This document shows, piece by piece, positions 51,701 through 64,000 of a DNA stretch of 64,000 bases (positions are counted from its first letter, which is position 1; the number at the start of each line of letters is the position of its first letter). The notes below the pieces were generated by a model, which was not told the origin of the DNA, ran no database searches, and saw only the letters and a program-made list of their open reading frames with translations. The stretch comes from Tubiluchus corallicola. Its lineage: Eukaryota > Animalia > Priapulida. Made by a program: the position numbers and the translations under genes. The stretch spans positions 620,001 to 684,000 of the forward strand of contig JAQGDQ010000023.1 in the NCBI GenBank assembly GCA_030141605.1, given 5' to 3'.

Positions 51701-54700
51701 AATCGTTGATGAATATTCATAATTCGCTCTAAATTTTTAATATTAATAAATCAATTATGAATAATCTTAAATCATATTCATAAATAATTTTTTAATATTA
51801 ATAAAACAATTTTGGCTATTTGTAAATGATTTATTAATATTAAAAAATGAATTATGAATATTCCAAATTGATTTATTAACATTTAAAAATAAGCATTAAA
51901 TTCCACTTTGGTATTTCATAGTAACCAGAATATAGAATTTATTTATTGGCATATACATTACAATAACATACATACGTAAACTTTTTGCAAAATTACAACA
52001 AAAATACAAAGATTTACAAAACAAAGGCTAAAAGTGTTTTGGAAACATCTTGTTTTAATGCGTTGCGTTAAGTTACGCACAAAGATCAACGTTTAACATA
52101 ATTGATCCTGCTGGTATCTGCACCAATAATTGCACCATTCTCGGTGATCTATGAAAGCTCTCGATCTAGTGTGGTCATGGCCTCCAGGAGAAACGGGGGT
52201 CAAAAACCTCTAAAATGGCCATTTTCGCCCTTTCTTTTTCACAAAAATTGTACCTCTTATTTTGAGAGAACGGGAATGTGCCGGGGGTAGAGTGACTAGT
52301 GTTAGCAATGGTAGATCACCCGGAGTGGGTGTAGTAGAGCAATTTATAATTCGCGGAGTAGCCACGGTTTTCTACAATCGGTATTCTCCCGAACCCAACC
52401 AGCCGATTTTTTTCGAAATTTTGACTGAACGCCATGTAGAAAACACATATAATTGATCTTACTGGTGATAGTCAGTAATGTATACTATAATTTGCTTAGT
52501 TAGCGAAGAATGTGCTGCGAATGTTCCCATTATTTTTTCAAACTATGCGCAATATTATCTAAACTTATTTCAAATGTTTTGCCGTCAAAATGGCAGCGCC
52601 TAACGGTCACCGCGGGAGTTTGAATTTACTAGTTTTATACAGCATTACTGCTGACGCAAGGTCTGTGCGCAATAAGGCAGCATGTAAGTGAAATAAATTT
52701 CAAGACGATTTTAGGCTTTTACATATGAAGAGTGTTTTCTTGTGCTTTAAGTTAATGTGGTCATTTATTTTATTATTTTTTATTTTAAACTTATTTCAGT
52801 ACGTAAAAAGTACAATAGAATAATAAACAAAGCTTACTTAATAATCACAATAAAAATATTACTACAAGACAAATAAAATAAATATTTACACAAAAAAACA
52901 GACAATTAGTAATCTAAATATGTAAAAAAATGTTATTTTCAATGAGCAAAAATATCCGAAGTTAAAATGACATCAGTATTAAGAATAAAACTACGTATGA
53001 CTTCATTGCTTAAATTTTAAACTCGCTGACGAAGGCTAAAAGTATTTTTACGTAAAATGACTTTAAAATGATTACAGCCATTTTCAGCACATATTTTAGA
53101 TGCTGTGGTGCCCCCTGCGGTAAGCAAAAAATGTTGTCGATGCAAAATAGTAGGCCGCTTTTAATTTCGTAATATTACCAACATTAAAAGTGATCCATAG
53201 GTTAGAACAGTAAAAAGTTGAACAATAAGATTTAAATAGATCACGTCTGACATCAGCAGAGCAAGAACAAAAATTTCTGCAAAGAATATTAAATCTAATA
53301 TAAAAAGGCGCAACTGATTTAAAATATCAGCATCGTCTTTACATTCATCGTTAATTATATGACCAAGATATTTTATTTCACGTTCGAGTTCAATCGGTTC
53401 TCTTGCAAAGTTACATTAGCAAAACTGACATTTCTGAAAGCATTTGGAATAAAATACACATTTTTCATCTTGAAAGCATTAATTACAATACCATTATGGC
53501 ATATTCTTCGCAGCAATCAAGCATTTCTGTAATGCCGGTGTAGAGGGAGCAATTAAACACAGATCGTCAGCATAAAATAAGTGATTAATAGGTGTACACC
53601 TAAACGACACGTGGCAGACCTCATAGTTGATAACTTTTTTGAAAGATCATTAATGTTTAATGGAAACATCACGGGCAAGTAATTCTAGTACAGGCGTCGG
53701 CAAACCCACACTTTCTAATTTCTGAAACAGGAGACGATTAACTCTATCAAAAGCCTTGCTAGCCCCTGCAAAGCACACAAAAGCAGGACTAGCAGGACTT
53801 TTGCACATATAAAGAATTTCCTTCAGCGCACATAGATACACTTGATAATCAGATGCACTTAAAATAGCCATAAATCTTTCTGAAATGACATGCTCAATAA
53901 ATTTGCTAATTACAGCAGAGATAGCTATTGATCTATGGTTATCGCAGCTAGTTATATCCAAAGGTCTGGTTTTAATAATAGGTATAATAACAGAATCTGT
54001 TAACGATTGAACTTGATTTCGGGTAGCCTTTTCTCAATCAGCATGTTTAATATTAGAACGGCCACTAAGGCCACACCTGGATCCATGTTTAGTAGACAGA
54101 TGACAGAAAAATGGTCATGACAGATGACAGAAAAGTGTTCAAGGCATGTTCAACATGCATGTCCCGAATGCAATTATGCATTTGAAAAATATGATCAAGC
54201 CATAAACGAGAATTGTGGGATGCAATATGGTATGAAAAAGTTTCAGCAGTAACAAAAGTTTATCTGAAAAAATACTCGTTACACATTTATTTAGCCACAA
54301 ACCGTAATCACGACTAAAATCTGCGTTAAAATCTCCCGACACATGAACTAGATTAGTGTCAGTTGCCTGAAAAAAGGAGTCCAGTTTCCAATATCTATCC
54401 GCCTATTAAAGTTCAAGAATGCTAACCGAACACTATGTAGAATGTTCGCGCGTGATTTTTATCGAAAATATAGTTATGTGCAAAATATTTTACGGGACGT
54501 TGGATAGTCAACAATAATTTGTCGATCGTTTTTTGTAGATATAACCTATGCTCGCTACGCATTCGCAGGATATAACACACATCTCACATCCAGTGCTTTG
54601 TCATCTTCTTATTCAATGCTGCCGATGACTTCCAGTCAACCGCTGATGGAAAAAGGTATTGTGTACTAAGCACTACAAGAGTAAGATTATTAATTAACAT

Positions 54701-57700
54701 ATATAATTGTTACTGCGAATACTTAAGTTTTGGTTAGAATTTAATCCGTTCAAAAAAAACTAAATTTCATATACACCAAAGATGAATTGCAGTGCTAAAA
54801 AATATATTGTTCTACATAGCTATGTATTAAAATGAAATACATCTATATTAAACCTTCAGTACACAGGAATAGGCAATTAACGTGTGCGCAAACAAGCGAA
54901 ATTGTAAGGAACTCTGGCTTGTTATCACTGATATTTTACAATATCTGTAACAAACTGATGAGTTACCAATATTAGAAATGGCACATGCTAAAATCAGGGC
55001 TGTATTTACCAACTTATGGGCCCTATACCAAGCTCATGAGTGGGTCCCTAAATTTATAGAAATGTTGGCATATTTCCAGCATCCAATATGTATAGTGACA
55101 CTGTGGGCCTATACTTTTTTTACAGGGGCCCCGTACCACGGGCCCTGTTCTTACTTTACAGTGGCCCTTATAGTTATTGAATATATTGTAATAGGAATGA
55201 AATACCCGGTGTATACTTGAAACAAGGTTATTCGCTGGCACGCTGTGCATCAAATTAGTTTCAGTGGGTCCCCAGATGCTCTGGGTTCTAGGCCAATGGT
55301 CTACTTGGTCTGTTGGTTAATCCGGCTCTTAATAATGTAAAATCGCAAAGGGCAAGATTTCTATAGGCAATGCAAATAAGAGCAGATTATAAGCTGATAC
55401 TGCACCTTCAGTATGGACCAGTTACAGAATCAGCCGCTGAATAATGAATGTTTTTTCAGATTTTATGGTGAATCATCAAAGAAGTTTTTATAACTTGTCG
55501 GAAATTTCCAGCAATGCGCGTAAATAAAGCGAGTAATTAATGCAGTAATTTACAAGCAGGTGTATTTCAGGTTTAACACAAGTCAGGGGCGTATTTACTA
55601 AAAGGCTAAGAGGAGGGTAAGCTAGGGCGCCAGATTTTAGAGCACAAAATTAAAAATTTTCAAAAATTATTATTCTCTTCGGAAAATACGCATCCTTCTA
55701 TGTTCATATAACGTGCCCATTTTATAACGCACCACAAGCAGTTACAGTGCCGGTTTTATGTATGTGCCGTATAAGTGATAAAAAAAGTACAATTATTACG
55801 TAAGAGGTGCTGCACCACAAACAGCTGCGCAGTCCACCCGAATATAAAGGCTCTGCAAATATTTGTAATTAACAATGACCATTTAAGTACCAGGTAATAA
55901 TGCTACTGATGCACCACATGTAATTCCGAATGCGCTTCAAATTATTTCACAATAAATCCACAATAGAGATAGGCAGGTCTGATTTATCTGCCTGGGGCAT
56001 CGTAATGTCTCAGTACGCCCCTGGTCATAGTGCAACTACCTAATAATTTATATTTTCTACACAAAATCCCTCTATGGGATTTATAAAATTTTTATTATTA
56101 AATAAAGTTTGGAGAACACATTGGTTCTTATCACCATCTCATTCTTGGTTCTATAATACTGTTAGTAATTTAATAGTTATTAACGCATTAGAAATTAATT
56201 TGATACCTTAAGAAATAATACAATAATTATCTTTGCTTCTTTTATATGTTGTAAAATTAACGTTACACGAAAGATTGCTGTAGTAACAAATTCTGAATAT
56301 TTTGGATTTGTTCGTTTGTTTACTTTGCTTTATTCATTCAGTCATTCATTCACTCACTCAGTCATTCATTTATTCATTTATCCATTCATTTATTCAATCA
56401 ACCAGTCACTCACTCAAAGTTCATTTATTTTTTCAAATGCTGATTTTATTTTTTAAATAAATTTACATTTTTATGTAAGTTAAGGTTTCTTGTTGACATA
56501 CAAAATCATTTTTTATGTAAAAATAGGTAAAAGTTTCGTGTGTGTATCAGGAAATTTTGGGTATTTTTATTATATATATCTCCTAGTACGTTCTTACGGG
56601 TCATCTCGAGTGTTTGTTTGTTGTCTGTCTTATCAACGAACAGATGATAACTATGTGTTCCTCTAGCCTATCAGCTTTTCTATCCCTGGACGCTTTCTCG
56701 AGAAGCCCATGTTCGCGAAGGAGTTAAAAACAGAAAATAAGCTCTTCATACTCTTTTTTCTAATAACCGCGTTTTTATTGAATTGTTTGAATTTTATAAC
56801 TGCATTGTGTCCGTGTACTACTATTATTCACATATCGTAATTGCGTGAATTATTCACGTACTTTTATCTGTAATGTACATAAAATAATTTTTTAATCTCT
56901 TTAAAAATTTAACAACTAATTGGTATCTTAATTCTGTAGATGTGCTACCTATTAGCCCACCAGTAAGCCCAGTCAGTGGGCCCAGTGGGGAAAAGTTGAA
57001 GCAAAGCTTACCAAATCCTGAAGCTTACATGAGCAGTGAGTATTTTAATTTTTAATTAAAGTTTCTAATTTACGATGAATTCATAGTGAAATTTGGGAAA
57101 ACATAATTATTATATATATACGAAAGATTATATAAAAGCTATAACAAGCTGGCTATTAATTACACGTTTTTAAAGCAGCATGTTAGCTTCTTTTTTGACC
57201 GCTTGCAAAATGTCTTTGAGCTTCCGAGTACCAAATTATATTATATTATATTATATTATATTATATTATATTATATTATATTATATTATATTATATTATA
57301 TTATATTATATTATATTATATTATATTATATTATATTATATTATATTATATTATATTATATTATATTATATTATATTATATTATATTATATTATATTATA
57401 TTATATTATATTATAATATAATATATTATAATATAATATAATATAATATAATATAATATAATATAATATAATATAATATTATATTATATTATATTATATT
57501 ATATTATATTATATTATATTATATTATATTATATTATATTATATTATATTATATTATATTATATTATATTATATTATATTATATTATATTATATTATATT
57601 ATATTATATTATATTATATTATATTATATTATATTATATTATATTATATTATATTATATTATATTATATTATATTATTATATTATATTATATTATATTAT

Positions 57701-60700
57701 ATTATATTATATTATATTATATTATATTATATTATATTATATTATATTATATTATATTATATTATATTATATTATATTATATTATATTATATTATATTAT
57801 ATTATATTATATTATATTATATTATATTATATTATATTATATTACATTACATTACATTACATTATATTATATTATTACTATTACATCCATAAACAGCTAA
57901 ATTTCAGTTGCAAAACGATCTCGCAGACCACTAGACGGTCAAATTTCCTTTTTATTCCTACTACAAAATTAAACTCTGGTACAAGGCGGTCTACAGTCAG
58001 AGCAAGGAAACATTACAGTCAGTATGCAATTAAAACTAAATTAAGTAAAATTACGAAATTTGAAACATTTAAATAGAAATTCATGGAAGTACTTAAAACA
58101 GTCGTTAGTTACAGTGTATTTTATTTTATTTTCAACTCTGATCAAGCTTTACAACCACGCTTTTATGTAACATTAATGAGGATATTCTTTATTTTTTATG
58201 TTAATTATTTTATATTTTTACGCGAATCACTTCTATGTACTATTGTAAACCGCGCAAGGAAAATCTTCATTTATATGGACTGTTCATGTAAGGTAAAAAT
58301 TAATAAATAACGTACGTTAGACTGAATACATCAGACTGCACGTAACAGAACATCAGTCAACAAGAGAATTTCACCTGCTGCAAAAATGGTGCATCGAAAT
58401 ATAGATCTTAACTTATTCATAGTACAAAAATTAAATTCTGTTTTATTTATTTGGTACATTTGGTTTAATTGGTGAACTGAAATAAACCGTGTGTCGAATC
58501 ATGTTTACCAGTCGATAACCATCAAAACTGACAGCCATAAATTATGAATTCTGTGCAAATAAAGCGCGCTTTTGCTATAGTACATATTTTCCGACAAGTT
58601 CTTGTTTTGGTTTCAGTTCTTGTGTTGTTTTTACTTTGAAATCTTGATTTTTATCTGCCATCAGTTTACATTACGCAAAAAGCTAATGCAAAAATGACCT
58701 AAGTTCAACTAACCGTCTTGTAAGCCTACTTTGACATCAGTTTACAGTTACTGTAAATCAAAATTCAAGTTCTGCGGATCTTCACAATATTTTCGCGGAA
58801 TATATTATTGGAACATCTAAACGAAATACACTTTAAGCTTATGAGCAACTAGCTTAACCATAAAGTATTGTCTTAAAAATTTGAATCATTATGCTGTTTA
58901 AGACAATAATACCAAATTACTATTACTTAATGCCAATTTAATTTATTAAATTATTTTGAAAAAACACTTTTATTATAAAATAAATTTTAAATGTCTGATG
59001 GTATGTAGTGTGAATGTGTGTGTCGTGTCTATTACCTTCATTATCATGACCCGTTTGCCTAAAAAAGAAAGTACTATTGTTTGCAATTATTAAAAAAATT
59101 ACACCAGTGAAGACGTTAGAGAGTTTAGACCTACAAGTAAAAGTAACACAATATGGAATCCACCTGCTATTGCGTTTACTGCTGTAGACTTTCCTCGGGT
59201 AATTTCCAGTAATGACAGTTTATCAGTAATTCTGTTCCCGGATGTTTGTGATCATATCTGCGGTAAATAAGTGTATTATCAATTATTATCAAACCTTGTC
59301 AATGTTTGCTTTGAACCAGAATTTACCTGACAATCGTAGTCCTATCTGACATTACATGGAGTCACTAACAGCCCTTTAGTTTTTTAAGATTATTAGACAT
59401 CGGTTATACCAAAATTATGCGCAATTTGTTGGTGTTTTAAGTTTACTGAATACTTAAAGGAAAACAGAGATCTTAGTTAGGCCATAATCTTATTTTAATA
59501 AGTGACTAAAGCACATGTACATGTTATCATGTACAATAATTACCAAATGTTTCTGGTAATTAAATATTAGCTTAGAGATTTAATTGAACCCCGCCTCTGC
59601 GGCACAACCAGCGACTACATTGTCAGCTTTACGTGTACATCCATACTGAAAATACACTTTTCCAACAGTATTATTATCTCTTTCAGTATTAATATAGATA
59701 GCGGCTTATTTTGGAAAATGGCTTAGAATCTGTACTATTTTTAATATCGTTTTTTATTTAGACATATAATATATTCTTCAGCGTTTTAACTTGCGATAAT
59801 AAGTAACCAATGAGGGAAAGAAATAGTATAAAACGACATAAACTTACTAAATTGATTTAATCAAATAACTTCAAGCAGGTATTATGAACCAGCCGTTATT
59901 CTTACCACATGTTGATGTTTCGCTCTTTCCTCAATAGTTGTAATGCGCTGCGAACAACAGTAATTGTTTAGCCATTCGGAATCAAATGTATCTTTTTCTT
60001 GAGCCATTATTGTTTTTGTTTTGATTATAAATATTGTTGATTCTTTATGTATTGTAATTGCAGATGATGGCTGCAGTAGAAGTTATTCTTCTGAAGAAGA
60101 CAACGAACCGCCTCTCTCTATTAACAATTCAAGTGAGCTGCAACTAATTGAGTTAAATATTATTATGCCTATATACGACTTATTTCCAGTTATTGTACTA
60201 CAATACGTTCATTGAGTTAGTTGCAGAAATAAATAACAACAAAAAAAACAATGTCAGTTAGTAGTTAAAAACTCATATCTTATAAGAAGTGCAATTAAGC
60301 TACATACGTATACGACATTGAATTTGATTTTACATTGCGGGATCACAAATTATTCGCAACATAAATATTGCAGAATATGTGGAAGGGGAAGGTGCGGCTA
60401 TCAGGCAGTCTTGCAACAGTTTATTTTACAGCAATACATAATTATGTTTATTCATTTATTTGTACATGTATGTTGATTTAATTACTAACGGAAAGCACGT
60501 TTTTGTCAGAAATACAGTACTGATTGTACTCGGTCATTTTAGCACTGATAATTTCTAATCAAGTTGAATGAAATACGGTAACCATGTATTCAAAATCTGC
60601 GGCTATTGGTTTAACCACTATGATCTGACAAAAAAAGCCACTTTAAAATAAGCGAATATCTTTTTTAGTGTTTGCACCAGTAATCTGGGCTGTAAAACCC

Positions 60701-61804
60701 CAATAATATTCTTTAAAATCAAGTTTTAAGATTTTGTTAAATATCCTTCACCAGCTTATAGGAATAATAAAGGCAGTGGGCAAGTTAATCTCGTATTATT
60801 TCTGTCAAGCCAGTGTTTTTATGGGAAACCTTGGTTTTAGAGAATTTTTGGAGATTTACAATAGACTTTAGAGCGTTTTTTGCTGTATCCAAATAAGAAA
60901 CTGTGGCTTGTATGAAATTGTTTGAGCTTTTACTTTAAGTATGGTTACCCTGAAAAAGGATTTTAAAATCCGAAATTACTGTTTATGTTCTAACTGTGTG
61001 TTTTTGCGGTATACAGGCGTGCGCCTTTTGTGGGACTTTCTTTATCAATTGCTTGAGAATCCGCAAGCTTACAAGCATATCATCAGATGGAAGGATCGAT
61101 CCAACGCCGTGTTTCACATTGCTGAACCAGAAGAACTTGCTCGAATGTGGGGAGTGCAGAAGAATCATTCCCAGATGACATTTGACAAACTGTCCAGAGC
61201 TCTCCGATACTATTATAGAGTGAACATATTGAAGAAAATCAACGGAGAAAGGCAGTGTTACAGGTAACAGTCAGACAGATTGTTGCAGTAGTACTGTTTA
61301 TTTCGGAAAACATGGCAGAGTTATGCAAAAAAGTCTATAAAAGATTTATTTTCATTGTTGGGCCTGAAGAAATTGACAATCAATTACAAATTTATATTTA
61401 CACAACTTTTCTCGATAATTGAAAACAAACAATTAACCAAAACATTGATTATATGCTCCGGTATGATTATTAAGCCGCTGTCGTAACTTGTGTAAGTATA
61501 GTTAATTAAGAATGCGCTACCTACCAAAGTTTAAGAACCATTTCTGGTTACTTTACATCTATATATTTCCTACCCTTTTTAGAGTTTGACGTAGTCATAA
61601 TAAAAAACAGGCTGACAATGCACATTGATCGAAAGTAAGACAATTTTTTCGGCAAAACTGTTTTGTTCAAAAACTAACTTAGGCTGCACATAGCAAATGG
61701 CAGAATATTAATGCATTATGTTGTTTTCTAGATTTCTTCATTCACCAGTGAAGTTAAGAAACCGCAAGCAAAGAGAGCTGTTAGAAGTTAGTACCCAAGA
61801 GTAG
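48779..61804 (+). CDS. ETV6: Yan/TEL (ETV6/7-like, Drosophila aop-like) PNT/SAM + ETS transcription factor (about 245 aa)
   Basis: Exons 48779-48815, 49982-50095, 50616-50717, 56940-57035, 60064-60132, 61017-61263, 61732-61804 (possible extra exon 55460-55519), phase-consistent. PNT domain HPMEWSKEDVAVWL...LNGKAFCLLDKVDFRNRFPVNGDILYNALQ. ETS domain RLLWDFLYQLL...[41 protein letters not shown] closely follows recalled Yan ([41 protein letters not shown]). Confidence 0.88.
51610..51920. mobile_element. AT-rich MITE, possibly IS3EU-type
   Basis: TIRs TGTGGGACGCCAATGTGGAATTTAATGCTT / AAGCATTAAATTCCACTTTGGTATTTCATA. Flanks CTAACC / GTAACC (6 bp, one mismatch). Internal TATTAATAAAT repeats in both orientations. 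Confidence 0.65.
52780..54360 (-). mobile_element. Decayed LINE ORF2 (endonuclease + reverse transcriptase) in ETS gene intron
   Basis: SGDFNADFS (endonuclease), FVCFAGASKAFDRVN, INHLFYADDLCLIAPS and EIKYLGHII motifs, with frameshifts and stops. Confidence 0.85.
54995..55330. mobile_element. hAT-type MITE (GGGCCC-rich)
   Basis: Termini CAGGGCTGTATTTACC / GGTTAATCCGGCTCTT with repeated GGGCCC motifs. No clear TSD. Confidence 0.55.
55584..56023. mobile_element. hAT-type MITE
   Basis: Perfect 10-bp TIR CAGGGGCGTA / TACGCCCCTG. TSD degraded. Confidence 0.6.
56330..56425. repeat. Degenerate (CATT)n microsatellite
   Basis: Seen directly. Confidence 0.8.
57235..57878. repeat. ~640-bp (ATATT)n satellite with an internal inverted (AATAT)n block
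   Basis: Orientation switches at about 57415 and back at about 57478. Confidence 0.95.
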
Positions 61805-63139
61805 GCCAAGAGTTTGATCATGCACGCTATGTAAAGCAGGCTTAATTATACACGAAGAACAACATGTTAACAATATGCAGATACAGTGAATGGGAAAGCA
61901 GTCTTATTGTTTGTCTTTTTAATGCATTTTGCATTTTGAACTTTTTAAACTTTTTTGAACTTTTTGTAAGCGGAGAACTTGATCTGTATTATAGTTATTA
62001 CTAGCAGACTAGTCGGCCAAACATAATAATTTATTATGTGAGTACTGTTTGGCTTTGCTGTTTTAAGCTATTGTGTCGCAACTAATATATTATAAAATAT
62101 TAAAAAATATAAATAGCGAATAGACAAACTTATTAATGGCTACCATCCTCAAGTCCACTAAGTTAAGGACTCGCATTCGGACTCATTTTATAACGACTTT
62201 GACTGGGATTATAGTTCAAGCTCGACTACAATGAACACGAAGTGCTGTTATATTTACTGTGGTAAACTTGACATGTCAGTTAAAAAGAATAAGCGTAGTG
62301 CTATATGTAAATATGTAGTTAAACAGACGCATTACAGTCTGCTTGCATTGTTTAGTTTATTTGACATCTATTAAAAATTTACAGTAAAACAAATGAAAAC
62401 ATTGAATCATTTTCAATCAATAAAAATAGTCACATAGTGCAGAAGACAGTTCAAGAGACATAAGGAGATACACCGCTTAAGTGTGCCTTTAATGTGATAC
62501 ACAACATTACAGAATATTCTAATTAAAATAATATTGTACAATGAAATTTGTTTACATATGCCTATTATAATATAAGTACTGGTTTAAATCCAAAACCCAT
62601 TGTCATTTATATATCGGCGCTTTTCTGTTAATGATGCCTGTAATAATTAATAAGTATAAAAATAAGCATGTAAGATTTTATCCTTTTCACCAAGTTCTTT
62701 TTATAATTAGTTATAATTTTACATACGTAGTTGGCGAATATACTTCAAGTAATGCTTGCAGACGCAATCAATATCAATTATCGGTCTTATAAAATATTTT
62801 TAAGGGACTTCGTGATGACTTCATGCTCTCTTTAGAGAAATACAAGAGAGGTGAATGACGTAAGCCCGGCTTTTATAAAATCGTGCATTAAAATTATATC
62901 TAAATTGTTCAGTGTAATGATACTATGGCAGGTACTACTTTACTTTCAAAATACAACACGATAACTGTGGCCACAAGTACAACAGTTTATTAGTTGTAAA
63001 TAGAAAATTATACCACGTTTAAGTTTTATTTAGATTTGTTTGTGTTTGCTTTTTAGTTAGAAGTGAGGCTATTCTAATCTTGTACGTGTAATCTAAGCAA
63101 TTATTGCCATAGCAATATGCATTCTATAACCGTTTTAAA

Positions 63140-63520
63140 CAGTTAAGATTATTATATGAAAGCGCTTATACACTATGTCATGAATTTAAATATAGTTCAA
63201 AGGAAGTAAAAAGTATTTTGTTCAAATCGCAGTGCAGTGGAATTTATTGTAGTAGCTTATGGATGTAGCAGCTCCATAACTCCTGTAGGAGATATTGAGA
63301 AATTCAGATCAGAGTATAAGTATTTTTAGATATTACGAGTCTACGAAAGCGTCTTAAATACGTACACATGAGGTTCTGCACTTTAAAAGTAATAATAAGG
63401 AAGAGCTGCTATAGCTTAAGAAATTGCATATCTACAAGTAATAATGACAGTTTAGTTTGTGGCTGTATAAACTTTGATGTTTCATTTCTCTGTTTTTTAA
63501 ACTAGCGAAACATATTATGT
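63140..63520 (+). mobile_element. LINE ORF2 3' relic
   Basis: KQLRLLYESAYTLCHEFKYSSKEVKSILFKSQCSGIYCSSLW parallels NQLRLFYIRFNILCRNFCSCSADVRRDLFKSYC of the 53 kb LINE. Confidence 0.65.
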
Positions 63521-64000
63521 GATTAAGTTGTAAATTTTAGGCAAGGTAAGTCAGTATTTTTAATCTGTTTCATCAATAATTTTTATGTGTATTGTAAAAT
63601 ATATGTAACATAGTATTATGTGTACTGAATTAAAATAAAAATTAAAAAATGAAATTAACAAATAAAAATTTAGCACTACTTTTGCTTTGGAGAAACCTTG
63701 ATGTAACCAGTGCATTTCACACATTACCACTTCCTGTATAGAAGCAACTTTTCTATGACATCAGTTTGTATAAAATAATTGTAAAGCATAATATATGCAT
63801 AAGAATTCCAACATAGCTATTTTTCTTTTTAACTATACAGACCTAAATTGACATTATTGTTAATACTGAATTGATAAAAATTTTTTCTGCTTCCAAGAGC
63901 CACAAAATAGTCTAAAATGCAGCAAATATCTTGGTCGATTACTCCCCGAGCAAAGGAAAAGCTGACATTGCTCTCTGGTTCCGATAGTTCTAGAGGCATC

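Noticed and set aside
57180-57421. ILYY-repeat ORFs
   Set aside because: Translations of the (ATATT)n satellite.
30924-61804. Functional linkage of the ZP gene and the ETS gene as a regulatory unit
   Set aside because: Adjacency alone is not evidence in an animal genome, and no shared structure was seen.

Overview
AT-rich animal (invertebrate) genomic DNA with spliced genes and many decayed transposon fragments. Most entries in the ORF track are spurious. Four genes were reconstructed by hand from splice sites and reading phase. (1) The last two coding exons of an unidentified + strand gene (to 742). (2) A - strand PCTP/STARD2-like START-domain lipid-transfer gene (2425-5538, possibly starting at 5904), one intron of which has U12 (minor spliceosome) signals. 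(3) A + strand cuticlin-like ZP-domain membrane protein gene (30924-45124). (4) A + strand compact Yan/TEL(ETV6)-type PNT+ETS transcription factor gene (48779-61804). The remainder holds LINE relics, a probable Gypsy relic, several MITE-like elements (some with target-site duplications, some carrying TAACCC telomere-like cores), SINE-like pieces, microsatellites and several palindromes. I found no convincing novel multi-gene system. The strongest observations are the U12 intron, a possible N-terminally extended PCTP isoform, a 106-bp spacerless palindrome, elements carrying telomere-like repeats and an intronic inverted-repeat pair. Family assignments come from recalled motifs, not database searches.
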